A stretch of 64,000 nt of DNA from positions 8,861 to 72,860 of the forward strand of contig CAYOZI010000001.1 in the NCBI GenBank assembly GCA_964408425.1. Direction: 5' to 3'. The notes under the pieces were generated by a model. The model did no database searches. It saw only the letters and a program-made list of their open reading frames with translations, and was not told the origin of the DNA. Position numbers and translations under genes: made by a program. This document shows positions 15,997-24,410 of this stretch, piece by piece; within the stretch, counting starts at the first letter, position 1; each line of letters opens with the position of its first letter. Source of the stretch: Candidatus Micrarchaeota archaeon (GTDB taxonomy: Archaea; Micrarchaeota; Micrarchaeia; Norongarragalinales; Norongarragalinaceae).

Positions 15997-18456
15997 CTAA
16001 CCCCACGAACCTAATCCCGTCTGCTTTCCCTTGTTTTTCAACGCGTCCTCGTCGAAACCCAGTGACCCCAGGATCCTCAAAACGGCAGGCAAAACCTGGT
16101 GGTTCACGTAATAATCCGCATCGTAATCCTTAGCCAGTTCAACAACCCTCGACTGCAAATAAATCTTCTGCTTGCTCTTCGAAGTTTCCTTCCCTTCCGT
16201 CGTAATGACGAATCCGATTACGGAATTCTCCGGAATGCGCATTCCCTGTTTTATAGCGTTTTGCACAGCCCCCAATTCCGGCGACTGCACTGCATAAGAA
16301 GAAGCGCTTTTCCTCAATTGCGTGTAAATAACGCAATCCTCGAGAGGGATTTTCCCGGCCTTCAAATCCTCGACCGTTTTCATCACCAACGCCGCGGCTT
16401 TTTCCACATCCCCTTCCTTCAACAGTATTTCCAGAACTTTTCTCTGCGTTTCCTTCGCGATCTTGCTCCAATCCCTTCTCACCAATTCAAAGCCCCTTAT
16501 CTTGATTTTTCCCTTCTCGTCTATCAAAGCATACTTCTTTTTCGCGCCCTGCTCCTCCGCTCCCTTGACTTTCCTGGAAACGAATATTCCCCGCGGATAA
16601 AACCCTTCCAACTCCAGCTGCATTGCCTCGGGAAGGCCGGCGTTAATCTTTTTTTGAAAAGCAACGACCTTTTCCTTGCTCGAGTAAAGCAAAAACGCGG
16701 AATCCGTATCCGCGTACAAAGGCTTCAACCCGAATTCCTCCGCCTTCTGGAGCGTTTGCTGTATATAGTGCCTCCCCCAAGCGGTAGTCGCCTCCCCTCC
16801 CTCTCGCGTATACCACCGTGAACGCGCGTAGAGAAGATATCCGTAAGTGGAATTCGCCAGGATTTTCAACGACCACTGCCTTGCATCGAGAATCTTGTAC
16901 TCCTCGGACTTTTCATCCACGCTTTTCATCTGTTTTTTTATCTTCGCCCTTTCCTTCAAAACCTCCTCCAGCATTTCCGGAATGATTCCCTTCCGTTTTT
17001 TGCAGAAGTGATGGCCTTGAGGAGAAACGAAACCGTCTCCCTTGCAACAATCGCAATTGAGCGTCGTAGAGTCGATGTTATGGGAAATGATTATGGACGG
17101 ATACAGGGACCGGAAATCGAGGACTGCGATATTTTCGTAAACCCCGGCATCCGGCGTTTTGACGAACGCCCCTTCCACCATCCCCTGCCTCGCGTCGATA
17201 TCTTCGGAAGAAGGCTTGTTGGGAGCCAATTCGTTTCTTTCAAACGCCTTGCTTAAAAGAAAAGTCTCGACCAATTGCGATGAAGTGGCGCGCGAAACTT
17301 CGATCAAAGGCATTTTGACGAGTTTTCCCAATTCCAGCTGCAGCGGAAGAAAGCGTTTAGCCAAGCCCAGGCAGGCGACCGCATCAACAAGGCAGTATTC
17401 CGCAAGGAAATCCCGCTCTTTTTGAGAGCCGGAATCCCAAATCTTGTGGATGTCCTGTTTTTTCACGCCCAGCTTCTTTCCCCCGAGAACCGTGGCGTAA
17501 ACCTCTTCGAGAGTCAAACGCGAAACCTTGATCGTTCCCGTGAAATTCAGGAACGAAGCGACGGGAAAAACATCGTAGTGGATCCTTCCGGAAATCTCGG
17601 AAATGTTCCTCAAGCCTATCCTTCTTGTTTTGACAGGGTTTTTGTCCCTGCCCAAGCGGAAGTCGGCACTAAGCTTTTTCGCCCTGGTTTGAAGATAAGG
17701 CAAATCGAACTGGTCCCCGTTGTAAGTGCATATAACGTCAACGTGTTTTTCCCTCAGCAAATCGCAATACGCTTCGATCATTTTCCTTTCCGAATCGAAG
17801 CTCTTAACGAATTTTTCCGAAAAGTGCTTGTCGTAAGAATAAACGCCCTTCGCCTCGCCGTCGAACCCGATCATCAAAGCAGGATCTTTCTCCGCGTTAG
17901 GGATGGTTTCCGGATTGTAAGTTTCAATATCCAGCGAAAGAAAACGCAGCTTTGGAATCTCGTCGGAATCCACAGTCTTTATTTTTCTGATTGAAAGCCC
18001 CGCGTGCTCCACTTCCTGCAAGGCGTTGGGCTTCAGGCTCTTATCCAGCAGATAACGCCGCGTGTAGGGAATGTCGAATTCGAAAGGCTCGCCGTATTTC
18101 TTCGCCCCTTCCCTCAGCGAAGGGACGTCCGACGCTTTAAAGCCAAATACTTTCAGCAAAACCACGTTTTTGTTTCGGAAGGAAAGCGAGGTTTCCTCAA
18201 CCCTCTTCACCCTGCAGTCTCCGAATTTCGACGAAACAACCATGCTCTCTAGCTTTCCCTTAGCCTCCTTCAGGCTCTCCTTGGGTTTCAGCAAAAAGTA
18301 GGGCTCGAAATTATCATACAGCCGGATGGTTTTTCCGGAAAGCGTTTTGAGCGTCAGGCGTATGGCGCTTTCCTTGTTTTTCAAAACGTGGTCTACATCC
18401 AGCAGAAACGCTTTCACCACGCCGTTCTTGTTCTTTGCCTTCACGATCAAACCCAC
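15997..18456 (-). CDS. polB: DNA polymerase, family B
   Basis: 819 aa; exonuclease and polymerase motifs including YGDTDS-like PLYADTDS and YNGDQFDLPYL; no intein. Confidence 0.9.
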   Translation of the reverse strand: MGLIVKAKNKNGVVKAFLLDVDHVLKNKESAIRLTLKTLSGKTIRLYDNFEPYFLLKPKESLKEAKGKLESMVVSSKFGDCRVKRVEETSLSFRNKNVVLLKVFGFKASDVPSLREGAKKYGEPFEFDIPYTRRYLLDKSLKPNALQEVEHAGLSIRKIKTVDSDEIPKLRFLSLDIETYNPETIPNAEKDPALMIGFDGEAKGVYSYDKHFSEKFVKSFDSERKMIEAYCDLLREKHVDVICTYNGDQFDLPYLQTRAKKLSADFRLGRDKNPVKTRRIGLRNISEISGRIHYDVFPVASFLNFTGTIKVSRLTLEEVYATVLGGKKLGVKKQDIHKIWDSGSQKERDFLAEYCLVDAVACLGLAKRFLPLQLELGKLVKMPLIEVSRATSSQLVETFLLSKAFERNELAPNKPSSEDIDARQGMVEGAFVKTPDAGVYENIAVLDFRSLYPSIIISHNIDSTTLNCDCCKGDGFVSPQGHHFCKKRKGIIPEMLEEVLKERAKIKKQMKSVDEKSEEYKILDARQWSLKILANSTYGYLLYARSRWYTREGGEATTAWGRHYIQQTLQKAEEFGLKPLYADTDSAFLLYSSKEKVVAFQKKINAGLPEAMQLELEGFYPRGIFVSRKVKGAEEQGAKKKYALIDEKGKIKIRGFELVRRDWSKIAKETQRKVLEILLKEGDVEKAAALVMKTVEDLKAGKIPLEDCVIYTQLRKSASSYAVQSPELGAVQNAIKQGMRIPENSVIGFVITTEGKETSKSKQKIYLQSRVVELAKDYDADYYVNHQVLPAVLRILGSLGFDEDALKNKGKQTGLGSWG

Positions 18457-18593
18457 CTTTCAAAATATAGAACAGGAGTATCAGGGAAAAAGCGTTTTTA
18501 TTGCTTGGCTGGAGGACAGGAAAAAAGGAAGGTTATTTAACGCCTTTTCGAGTAAACCGTTTTAATACACTAGAAAAAGGGGTGTTTTTCAGA

Positions 18594-18938
18594 ATGCCAA
18601 CTCCTCAGAGAGGCAGGGAAACCGCCGAAGGCATCATCTCCCAAATGCAAACGCTTGAATCCAAATTAAACCTCATCGCCCAGAGGATAAAAACGATGGA
18701 AAAGAACGAGGAAATCCTCGGAAGGACGTTAATAACCTTGAACGACAAGCTCGACAAGGTTTCCAAAGAAGGCTTTACCACTTCATCCAAGGGAGAGAAG
18801 GTTGACGAGGCGAAATACGCCACGAAGCAAGAAGTGCGCGAACTCAAAGCTTTGCTAGATGCGATTAATCCCCTCGAATTCGCGACCGTCGACCAGGTCA
18901 AGGAATTGATGGACGACGCTTTGAAAAAAAGAAAGTGA
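18594..18938 (+). CDS. Hypothetical coiled-coil protein
   Basis: ATG at 18594 preceded by AAAAGGGGTG; predicted charged helical protein; the ORF track begins at an earlier in-frame M at 18501. Confidence 0.4.
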   Translation: MPTPQRGRETAEGIISQMQTLESKLNLIAQRIKTMEKNEEILGRTLITLNDKLDKVSKEGFTTSSKGEKVDEAKYATKQEVRELKALLDAINPLEFATVDQVKELMDDALKKRK

Positions 18939-19279
18939 TTCTATTGCCAGGCGCGAAAAGCCATTCCCAACTCACGGCCAAAGTCCACGCCAGGCCCCAC
19001 GGCGGCATGAGCAGGGTAGTAGTGGCGTTGTGCGATTCGGAATTGCTTGGAAAAATATACACCCAGGGCGAGAGGGTTTTGGACCTGAAGAACTACAGGG
19101 GTTTTTACGAAGGTGCTGCGGTTACGGAAATCGAAGCCATAGAACTTTTGAGGATGGCGGACAACGCGAACATAGTGGGCGAAAAAAGCGTGGCAATAGC
19201 GAAAAAAGCGTTCGGCGTTTCCTCAACCGAAACGAAAACGATAAAGAAAATCCCGCACTTGCAATACTACAAAATCTAA
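18935..19279 (+). CDS. Hypothetical protein
   Basis: 114 aa, ATGA overlap with the upstream ORF; no recognisable motif. Confidence 0.4.
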   Translation: MILLPGAKSHSQLTAKVHARPHGGMSRVVVALCDSELLGKIYTQGERVLDLKNYRGFYEGAAVTEIEAIELLRMADNANIVGEKSVAIAKKAFGVSSTETKTIKKIPHLQYYKI

Positions 19280-19410
19280 GAAGATAAGACTGCAATAATT
19301 TTTTGTTTCTATAACAAAAACGCCAGTAGGCCCTATTACAACATGATCCAACTGACGCCCAGAAGGCAACTTAAAATCAGCTGCTAGATAAAATTCGTCG
19401 TTCAAATTTT

Positions 19411-19638
19411 TTAGACTATTATCAACTTCCACTTCTCCAGCCACATCAGATAATGAGTTCCTTTAGAAAAAAATCCAGCACTAATAATGAACGAAAGAAC
19501 GGAAAACCACACCAAAAAACTAGCATAAGAACTAATCCAGTATAAAATCAGAGAAGAAAAAAAGAGAACAAAACTATATTTAAAATAATGGCCAGAGGTA
19601 TCGGATAAGTAGGAACTACGTGGCTTGATTAGTTTCAC
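19411..19638 (-). CDS. Small hydrophobic ORF inside an AT-rich tract
   Basis: 75 aa, 2 predicted TM helices; the GC content is far below that of the surroundings. Confidence 0.2.
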   Translation of the reverse strand: MKLIKPRSSYLSDTSGHYFKYSFVLFFSSLILYWISSYASFLVWFSVLSFIISAGFFSKGTHYLMWLEKWKLIIV

Positions 19639-19683
19639 AACACATGAAAAACGAACTACATAAAAAACATTTTGAAAAAGAGA

Positions 19684-19797
19684 GTGCGGCGACCGGGAAT
19701 CGAACCCGGGCTACCAGCTTTCTGCTCTTTCTTTGGTCAAGCTTTCTTTCGCAAAGAAAGGTTGGAAGGCTGGAATCATACCATTAGACCATCGCCG
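19684..19797 (-). tRNA. tRNA-Gly (anticodon UCC) with a ~43-nt intron at the canonical 37/38 position
   Basis: Acceptor GCGGCGA/TCGCCGC, anticodon stem CCAGC/GCTGG, loop CTTCCA|intron|A, T-arm CCGGG-TTCGATT-CCCGG. The intron (~19719..19761) carries the hairpin TTTCTTTGCGAAAGAAA. Confidence 0.75.
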
Positions 19798-19815
19798 CGC
19801 GAATAATACTGGAGC

Positions 19816-19831
19816 ATAATTAAATTTAAAG
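19816..19831 (-). promoter_or_regulatory. Candidate TATA box (TTTAAATTTAA) ~25 nt upstream of tRNA-Gly
   Basis: AT-rich palindromic element at archaeal -26 spacing relative to the tRNA 5' end. Confidence 0.35.
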
Positions 19832-19977
19832 CAAATGCGCAGGTTTGAAGTCCTCGATTTGGCCCAGCGCTATGTCTTTAAGTGAAGCTCGAATTTGCTT
19901 CATCAAATTCGTGTCTTCCAAAACATCACGCGTTTCTTTGTCAAACAATTAGGCATCTCCTCCTCAAAAAAAGGTAG

Positions 19978-20081
19978 TGGGGTCGCTGAGATTCGGACTC
20001 AGGTCTCCAGCCCCCCAGGCTGGAAGGATGCGTCGCCGAACAAATACGAACGTATTTGCTCTCAGGCTACCCCACGACCCC
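19978..20081 (-). tRNA. tRNA-Pro (anticodon GGG) with a ~28-nt insertion (putative non-canonical intron) in the D-loop
   Basis: Acceptor GGGGTCG/CGACCCC, D-stem GGGT/ATCC separated by a 39-nt loop containing the hairpin CAAATACGTTCGTATTTG, anticodon stem CCAGC/GCTGG with loop CTGGGGG, T-arm CTGAG-TCCGAAT-CTCAG. Confidence 0.65.
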
Positions 20082-20083
20082 AG

Positions 20084-21247
20084 TTACAATTTATGGTTGG
20101 TTATGCTTAAAAACGCTTTAAGATTTTCAGGATCATCGCTTATCCAGGCTGGAATAGCATCGGTTGAATTTCTCGAAGGAAAACCGTTCGCTTTAAGCCA
20201 CCGTCCAACAGCCACGCAGGAAACAAAACATTGGTAACTCTTTAGACTCTTTTTCCTGGCGTAAGGAACGGGCAAATTGAATTTTAGCAACACTATTCGC
20301 GCAAAATCCAGGATCAATTCTGTCGAGGAGGAAATGATGTAAAACTGCTTCAGGTTTTTGGATAAGCCGCCATATCTAAGCAGATAAGCGAAAAGCTTTG
20401 CTAGATCGACATCAAGTGAGTTGGGAAGGACAGCCCTTCGCTTGTCGTACAGGAACTCGAGGGCGTTTTTGTCAATCCAAAACGCGTTATCCCAAGCCTG
20501 AACCTTCCGCTCAGCCACCAAAGCGGCTTTTTCCAAAACAAGGTTTTTTCTATTATCAAGCCCAAACCGTATTTCTTTTTGAAACAATGAATTCGAACGA
20601 GTACGTACACCGAATATCATAGATTTGGTCCGATGCCCGTCTTTCCTGAGGTTGGCGTTTTGAATAATGACGTTGGAAGTTTTAATCCCAAAATTCAACA
20701 GCATTTCCTTCAGATCGTTTATGAACGAAATCCCATCATCCAGAAGCAGTTCGTCCTTGTTTAGGTGGAAAGAAACAAGGTATGAATTGAAAGAAGTGGA
20801 TTTGCTAATCCAACCCTCGCACTGAAACGCAATTGAAAGGTAAGCCTTGGAAAAAACGCGGTTTGTTTTTATCCACGCTGGAACCCTAAAAGGCACGAGC
20901 ATCTTGTCGCCTTTCGGAACTCCGGCTTCAAAAAGAAGCTTAGCTACTTTTGAACTATAAAACCTGCACTTATAGCTAAAACCAAAACCAGTTCCCTGTT
21001 CATAGTGGGGTTTCAAACCGAATTTGCTTACAACGATTTTTTCAAAGTCTTTAAGAAAAACAAAGTTTGACGAAGACAGGTAAAAACGACTCAAATTCTT
21101 TCCAAGATGGCCGTCGAACGTCAGGTAACTAACGAGTTTAGCCAAATCCTCGTCTAAAACTAGAGTGTCGGCTGTCATGCGTTCTACCTGCGGGTTAATG
21201 CAAACACTCGCAAGTAAACAGAATTTAAAAACTTGGGCAGACACCAC
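20084..21247 (-). CDS. Double-motif LAGLIDADG-like homing-endonuclease-like protein, free-standing
   Basis: 387 aa with a clear internal duplication: DLAKLVSYLTFDGHLGKNLSRFYLSSS.. and DLAKLFAYLLRYGGLSKNLKQFYIISS... The first motif keeps the acidic residue; the second is degenerate. The stop codon lies 2 nt from the tRNA-Pro 5' end. The likely true start is MTADTL at 21178. Confidence 0.5.
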   Translation of the reverse strand: MVSAQVFKFCLLASVCINPQVERMTADTLVLDEDLAKLVSYLTFDGHLGKNLSRFYLSSSNFVFLKDFEKIVVSKFGLKPHYEQGTGFGFSYKCRFYSSKVAKLLFEAGVPKGDKMLVPFRVPAWIKTNRVFSKAYLSIAFQCEGWISKSTSFNSYLVSFHLNKDELLLDDGISFINDLKEMLLNFGIKTSNVIIQNANLRKDGHRTKSMIFGVRTRSNSLFQKEIRFGLDNRKNLVLEKAALVAERKVQAWDNAFWIDKNALEFLYDKRRAVLPNSLDVDLAKLFAYLLRYGGLSKNLKQFYIISSSTELILDFARIVLLKFNLPVPYARKKSLKSYQCFVSCVAVGRWLKANGFPSRNSTDAIPAWISDDPENLKAFLSITNHKL

Positions 21248-21277
21248 CTTGCCGGTGGCGCTATTTCTGCCGGTGGC

Positions 21278-21475
21278 TTAAAATCTTTGGTAGGGGATGA
21301 TTTCCTCGACCAAATCAACTTGTCCGAGAAACATTCTCCTGCAGCAGTATCTGTTAAAACCGAGTTCGTCCAAAACCTTTCCAGCATCCTCTCCCGAAGT
21401 GGTGCGCTGCTTGAACTCCTCCCAATTCTCGGCAATGGGCTTTCCGCACGTGAAACAACGGACTGGAACCAACAT
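21278..21475 (-). CDS. rpoN: DNA-directed RNA polymerase subunit N (Rpb10)
   Basis: 65 aa, MLVPVRCFTCGK...YCCRRM zinc-binding signature. Confidence 0.9.
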   Translation of the reverse strand: MLVPVRCFTCGKPIAENWEEFKQRTTSGEDAGKVLDELGFNRYCCRRMFLGQVDLVEEIIPYQRF

Positions 21476-21490
21476 TTTTCCTTCACCCTC

Positions 21491-21934
21491 TTAACGATAA
21501 GATTTCGTAAACCTTGCCCTTGCTTTGGGCCCCTTGAATTTTTTAGGTTCAACCCTTCGGGCGTCCTCGACGTACAAGCTCCTGTCGAACTCGAGAAACT
21601 GCTTCTTCAGCTCTTCGCCATCCTTCCTGAACTCGATCAAAGCGCGGGCGATTGCCGTTCTGGCCGCTTGCGCCTGGCCCATTATTCCACCGCCGTTGGT
21701 GGTTATGGAAATGTCGAAATCGTAAGGCTCCTGCAAGAACGATAACGGCTCTGCGATTATTTGCCGTGCAAAAGGGTTGGCGTAAGAATTCAACGAAAGC
21801 CCGTTAATGCGTATAATGCCTTTTCCGGCCTTGATGTAAGCCCGAGCTATTGCCTCTTTCCGCTTTCCGCGGGTTACTATCTGCTTTTTCTTTCGCGTTT
21901 TCTTCTTCTTTTCAACTTTAACTTCATCAGCCAT
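21491..21934 (-). CDS. rps9: 30S ribosomal protein S9 (uS9)
   Basis: GGGIMGQAQAARTAIARAL signature; 147 aa. Confidence 0.9.
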   Translation of the reverse strand: MADEVKVEKKKKTRKKKQIVTRGKRKEAIARAYIKAGKGIIRINGLSLNSYANPFARQIIAEPLSFLQEPYDFDISITTNGGGIMGQAQAARTAIARALIEFRKDGEELKKQFLEFDRSLYVEDARRVEPKKFKGPKARARFTKSYR

Positions 21935-21946
21935 TTTTTATCACTT

Positions 21947-22378
21947 TCAACCGTTTTTCCATCCCAAGCGAGAGCAAACCTCGCCCAGAGAAACGAACGC
22001 TATTTTCAAATCATCCGAAGTCTTGTAGAATTTTTGCGCCTTGCCCTCGAATTCCTTCGGCATTCCCAAAAATGCCTTGAATAATTCCCTCGCCTTTTTC
22101 CCGCTCGCTTTCTTCTTTGGAAGCATTCCCCTCAAAACGTACTTCAAAAACATATCCGGACGAACGGGATATTTAGGCGAGTGTTCGGGATTGCTCTTGT
22201 TCTGGATGTTGCGCTTGTCGCGATAACGCGATACGATGAAGTCGGAATTGCCGGAAAAAACTATTTTTTCCGCGTTTACGACTACTACCTGCTCGCCCTC
22301 CTGAAGCTTTTTTGAGGCGAAGGCCAAGACTCTCCCGAAAATCGCCTTGTCCCCGTTAATTACAAACATTTCAACCAC
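21947..22378 (-). CDS. rpl13: 50S ribosomal protein L13 (uL13)
   Basis: 143 aa, uL13-like sequence; conserved S9-L13 adjacency. Confidence 0.8.
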   Translation of the reverse strand: MVEMFVINGDKAIFGRVLAFASKKLQEGEQVVVVNAEKIVFSGNSDFIVSRYRDKRNIQNKSNPEHSPKYPVRPDMFLKYVLRGMLPKKKASGKKARELFKAFLGMPKEFEGKAQKFYKTSDDLKIAFVSLGEVCSRLGWKNG

Positions 22379-22379
22379 A

Positions 22380-22748
22380 TTATCCGAAAATCCTTATTTT
22401 CTTTCCTTCGGGGTTCTTTTCAGCCAATGCCCTCAAAGAGATGAGGCTCGAACCCAATTTTGCTTTCGCACTAGCGCTCGCCTTGAACGCTGCAACCGTG
22501 ATCTTTTTCTTCAATTCTCCCTGCCCCAGCAAAACGCCCGGAACTACGATTACGTCCCCGTCTTTCGCGAATTTCTCGAGCTTGAATAAATTGACAACCT
22601 TCCCCTTTTTCCTTCTAGCGGGCTTCAGCATAAACTCCGCAATAACCCGCCATGCGCCCGACTTGTTTTTCCGTGCGGTCTTCTCCAGAAAGCCCAGGAG
22701 CTTTATCGTTTCCAGGCTTTCCGGACCTCTGAACTTCGATTTCTTCAT
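22380..22748 (-). CDS. rpl18e: 50S ribosomal protein L18e (eL18)
   Basis: 122 aa basic protein; its position between L13 and rpoD matches the conserved archaeal cluster. Confidence 0.75.
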   Translation of the reverse strand: MKKSKFRGPESLETIKLLGFLEKTARKNKSGAWRVIAEFMLKPARRKKGKVVNLFKLEKFAKDGDVIVVPGVLLGQGELKKKITVAAFKASASAKAKLGSSLISLRALAEKNPEGKKIRIFG

Positions 22749-22777
22749 TTTTCTTCAACACCAATTAAGCGAAAACG

Positions 22778-22862
22778 TGCAGGGGCTGGGATTTGAACCC
22801 AGGCACTCCTAAGAGACTGACACCTCAAGCCAGCGCATTTGACCAGGCTCTGCCACCCCTGC
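22778..22862 (-). tRNA. tRNA-Leu (anticodon GAG)
   Basis: Acceptor GCAGGGG/CCCCTGC, anticodon stem CTGGC/GTCAG with loop TTGAGGT, long variable arm, T-arm CCTGG-GTTCAAAT-CCCAG. Confidence 0.8.
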
Positions 22863-22872
22863 TTGCGCGCAA

Positions 22873-23133
22873 TTAAACTCGGCTTGGCAGGGAATTAACC
22901 TTTTGCACGACCTCCGAATCACTCAAACCTTCAATCAAAATTTCCTTTTTCCTTGACTTGAATCCTTTCGTTATCTTCACTTTTTTTCCCAAAAACTTCG
23001 AGAGCGACTTTTCCAATTCCCCGTTCGCCCTGCCTCCCTCGGCAGGGGCGCGGACGCGTATTTTCAGAATCCCGTTTTCAAACGCAACCCCGAAATTCTT
23101 CGCGTTGGGAACCGCCCTCACATGCATTTTCAC
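22873..23133 (-). CDS. Small conserved protein (YggU/DUF167-like)
   Basis: 86 aa; sits between rpoD and tRNA-Leu; weak family resemblance only. Confidence 0.4.
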   Translation of the reverse strand: MKMHVRAVPNAKNFGVAFENGILKIRVRAPAEGGRANGELEKSLSKFLGKKVKITKGFKSRKKEILIEGLSDSEVVQKVNSLPSRV

Positions 23134-23844
23134 TCACTTGAATTCCTTGTCCAAAGCCTTTGCTTTCCCTTCCAAAACTTTCAACGCCCTTTCGTACTGC
23201 TCTTTTGCGGAAAGGTTGTTGAACGACTCTACTATAAACAGAAAATCCTTGCTTTGCTCGCCTTGCTTTTCGCAGTTTCCGCACAAGTACGAGTTTTCAT
23301 GAAGGTCTTTCTTTCCCTCCAACGGTGCGAAAGGCTTCATGGGGGAAGAGCATTTCTTGCATTTCGAAGAAGCTTTGAATTCGGAAGAATGGCCGTACGA
23401 AGCGACGGCGCTCTGGAAGCGCGCGTGGATTTTTGCAGTGCCTTTTTCCGCAAACGCTTCCAAACGCAGTTTTTGGCCCTTGTTCAAAACGGCAATCTGA
23501 ATGTTTTCCGAGAAAACGCGTATTTTTTCATCGGCTGAAACGAGATCCCGGCTGTAAACAGTCTTCGGCTCTTCCACCGCCTCGGCGTTCAGCGAAAACG
23601 ATATCTTTGCATCATCAGCAATCCCGCTCTCCCACGTCAACGGTATAAGCCCCATCCGGTTTGAAAGATATTCGTTGAAAAACGCCGAGTTGTTCTCGTA
23701 AAAATCAATGCTCGAGATAGCCATGCACGGGATTTCTGAAATCACAGCCCTCCTTATGGCGTTCAGCAGCGCGGGCGATTCCTTTTCGGAACGCAACACG
23801 AGAGTCTTTTCGTCTTCGCTTACAATTTTCATCAACACATGCAC
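23134..23844 (-). CDS. rpoD: DNA-directed RNA polymerase subunit D (Rpb3)
   Basis: 236 aa; LLNAIRRAVISEIP dimerisation-domain signature; Cys cluster (CKKCSSP..CGNC). Confidence 0.85.
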   Translation of the reverse strand: MHVLMKIVSEDEKTLVLRSEKESPALLNAIRRAVISEIPCMAISSIDFYENNSAFFNEYLSNRMGLIPLTWESGIADDAKISFSLNAEAVEEPKTVYSRDLVSADEKIRVFSENIQIAVLNKGQKLRLEAFAEKGTAKIHARFQSAVASYGHSSEFKASSKCKKCSSPMKPFAPLEGKKDLHENSYLCGNCEKQGEQSKDFLFIVESFNNLSAKEQYERALKVLEGKAKALDKEFK

Positions 23845-23876
23845 CCGAACGATTGTATTTCAATTTTTTGAAAAAC

Positions 23877-24407
23877 TTAAACTCTCCTACCCCTCTTTCC
23901 GCCGGGCCTCTTGGTTGTGTCGGTAGGCAAGGGGGTAACGTCTTCGATTTTACCAATGCGTAACCCGCTTCGAGCTAACGCACGAATTGCAGCCTGCGCG
24001 CCCGAACCCGGGGTTTTAGAATGATGTCCGCCCGGAGCGCGCACCCTGACGTGCACTCCGATTATGCCCCGTTCCTTCGCCTTTTCCGAAGCGCGGAAAG
24101 CCGCTTGCATAGCAGCGTAAGGCCCTCCCTCTTCCCTGTCGCTTTTGACCATCATTCCGCCGCTTCCGACGGAAATGGTTTCCGCTCCGCTCAAATCCGT
24201 AATCGTAATGATCGTGTCGTTCTTGGACGAGAAAATATGGGCGACACCCCATTTTCCTTCCAGGTTGAATATCCTGCGGTCGTCCCTCCTGAATCCGGAC
24301 GGGGCGTGGGCTGAAACGGGGGCTGAAACCGGCGCTTGGGCCACGGGCTTGGCAGTAGACTCAACCGGCTTTTCGTTTTCAACAATTTCTTCAGTAACCA
24401 TTTTCAA
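23877..24407 (-). CDS. rps11: 30S ribosomal protein S11 (uS11)
   Basis: uS11 C-terminal signature ..[11 protein letters not shown]...[30 protein letters not shown]..; N-terminal Ala/Pro-rich extension. Confidence 0.9.
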   Translation of the reverse strand: MKMVTEEIVENEKPVESTAKPVAQAPVSAPVSAHAPSGFRRDDRRIFNLEGKWGVAHIFSSKNDTIITITDLSGAETISVGSGGMMVKSDREEGGPYAAMQAAFRASEKAKERGIIGVHVRVRAPGGHHSKTPGSGAQAAIRALARSGLRIGKIEDVTPLPTDTTKRPGGKRGRRV

Positions 24408-24410
24408 TCA

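Noticed and set aside
18501-18593. Upstream in-frame extension of the 18594 gene (ORF-track start at 18501)
   Set aside because: The extension (MLGWRTGKKEGYLTPFRVNRFNTLEKGVFFR) has no RBS. The ATG at 18594 is preceded by AAAAGGGGTG, and the extension would run to within 45 nt of the divergent polB start.
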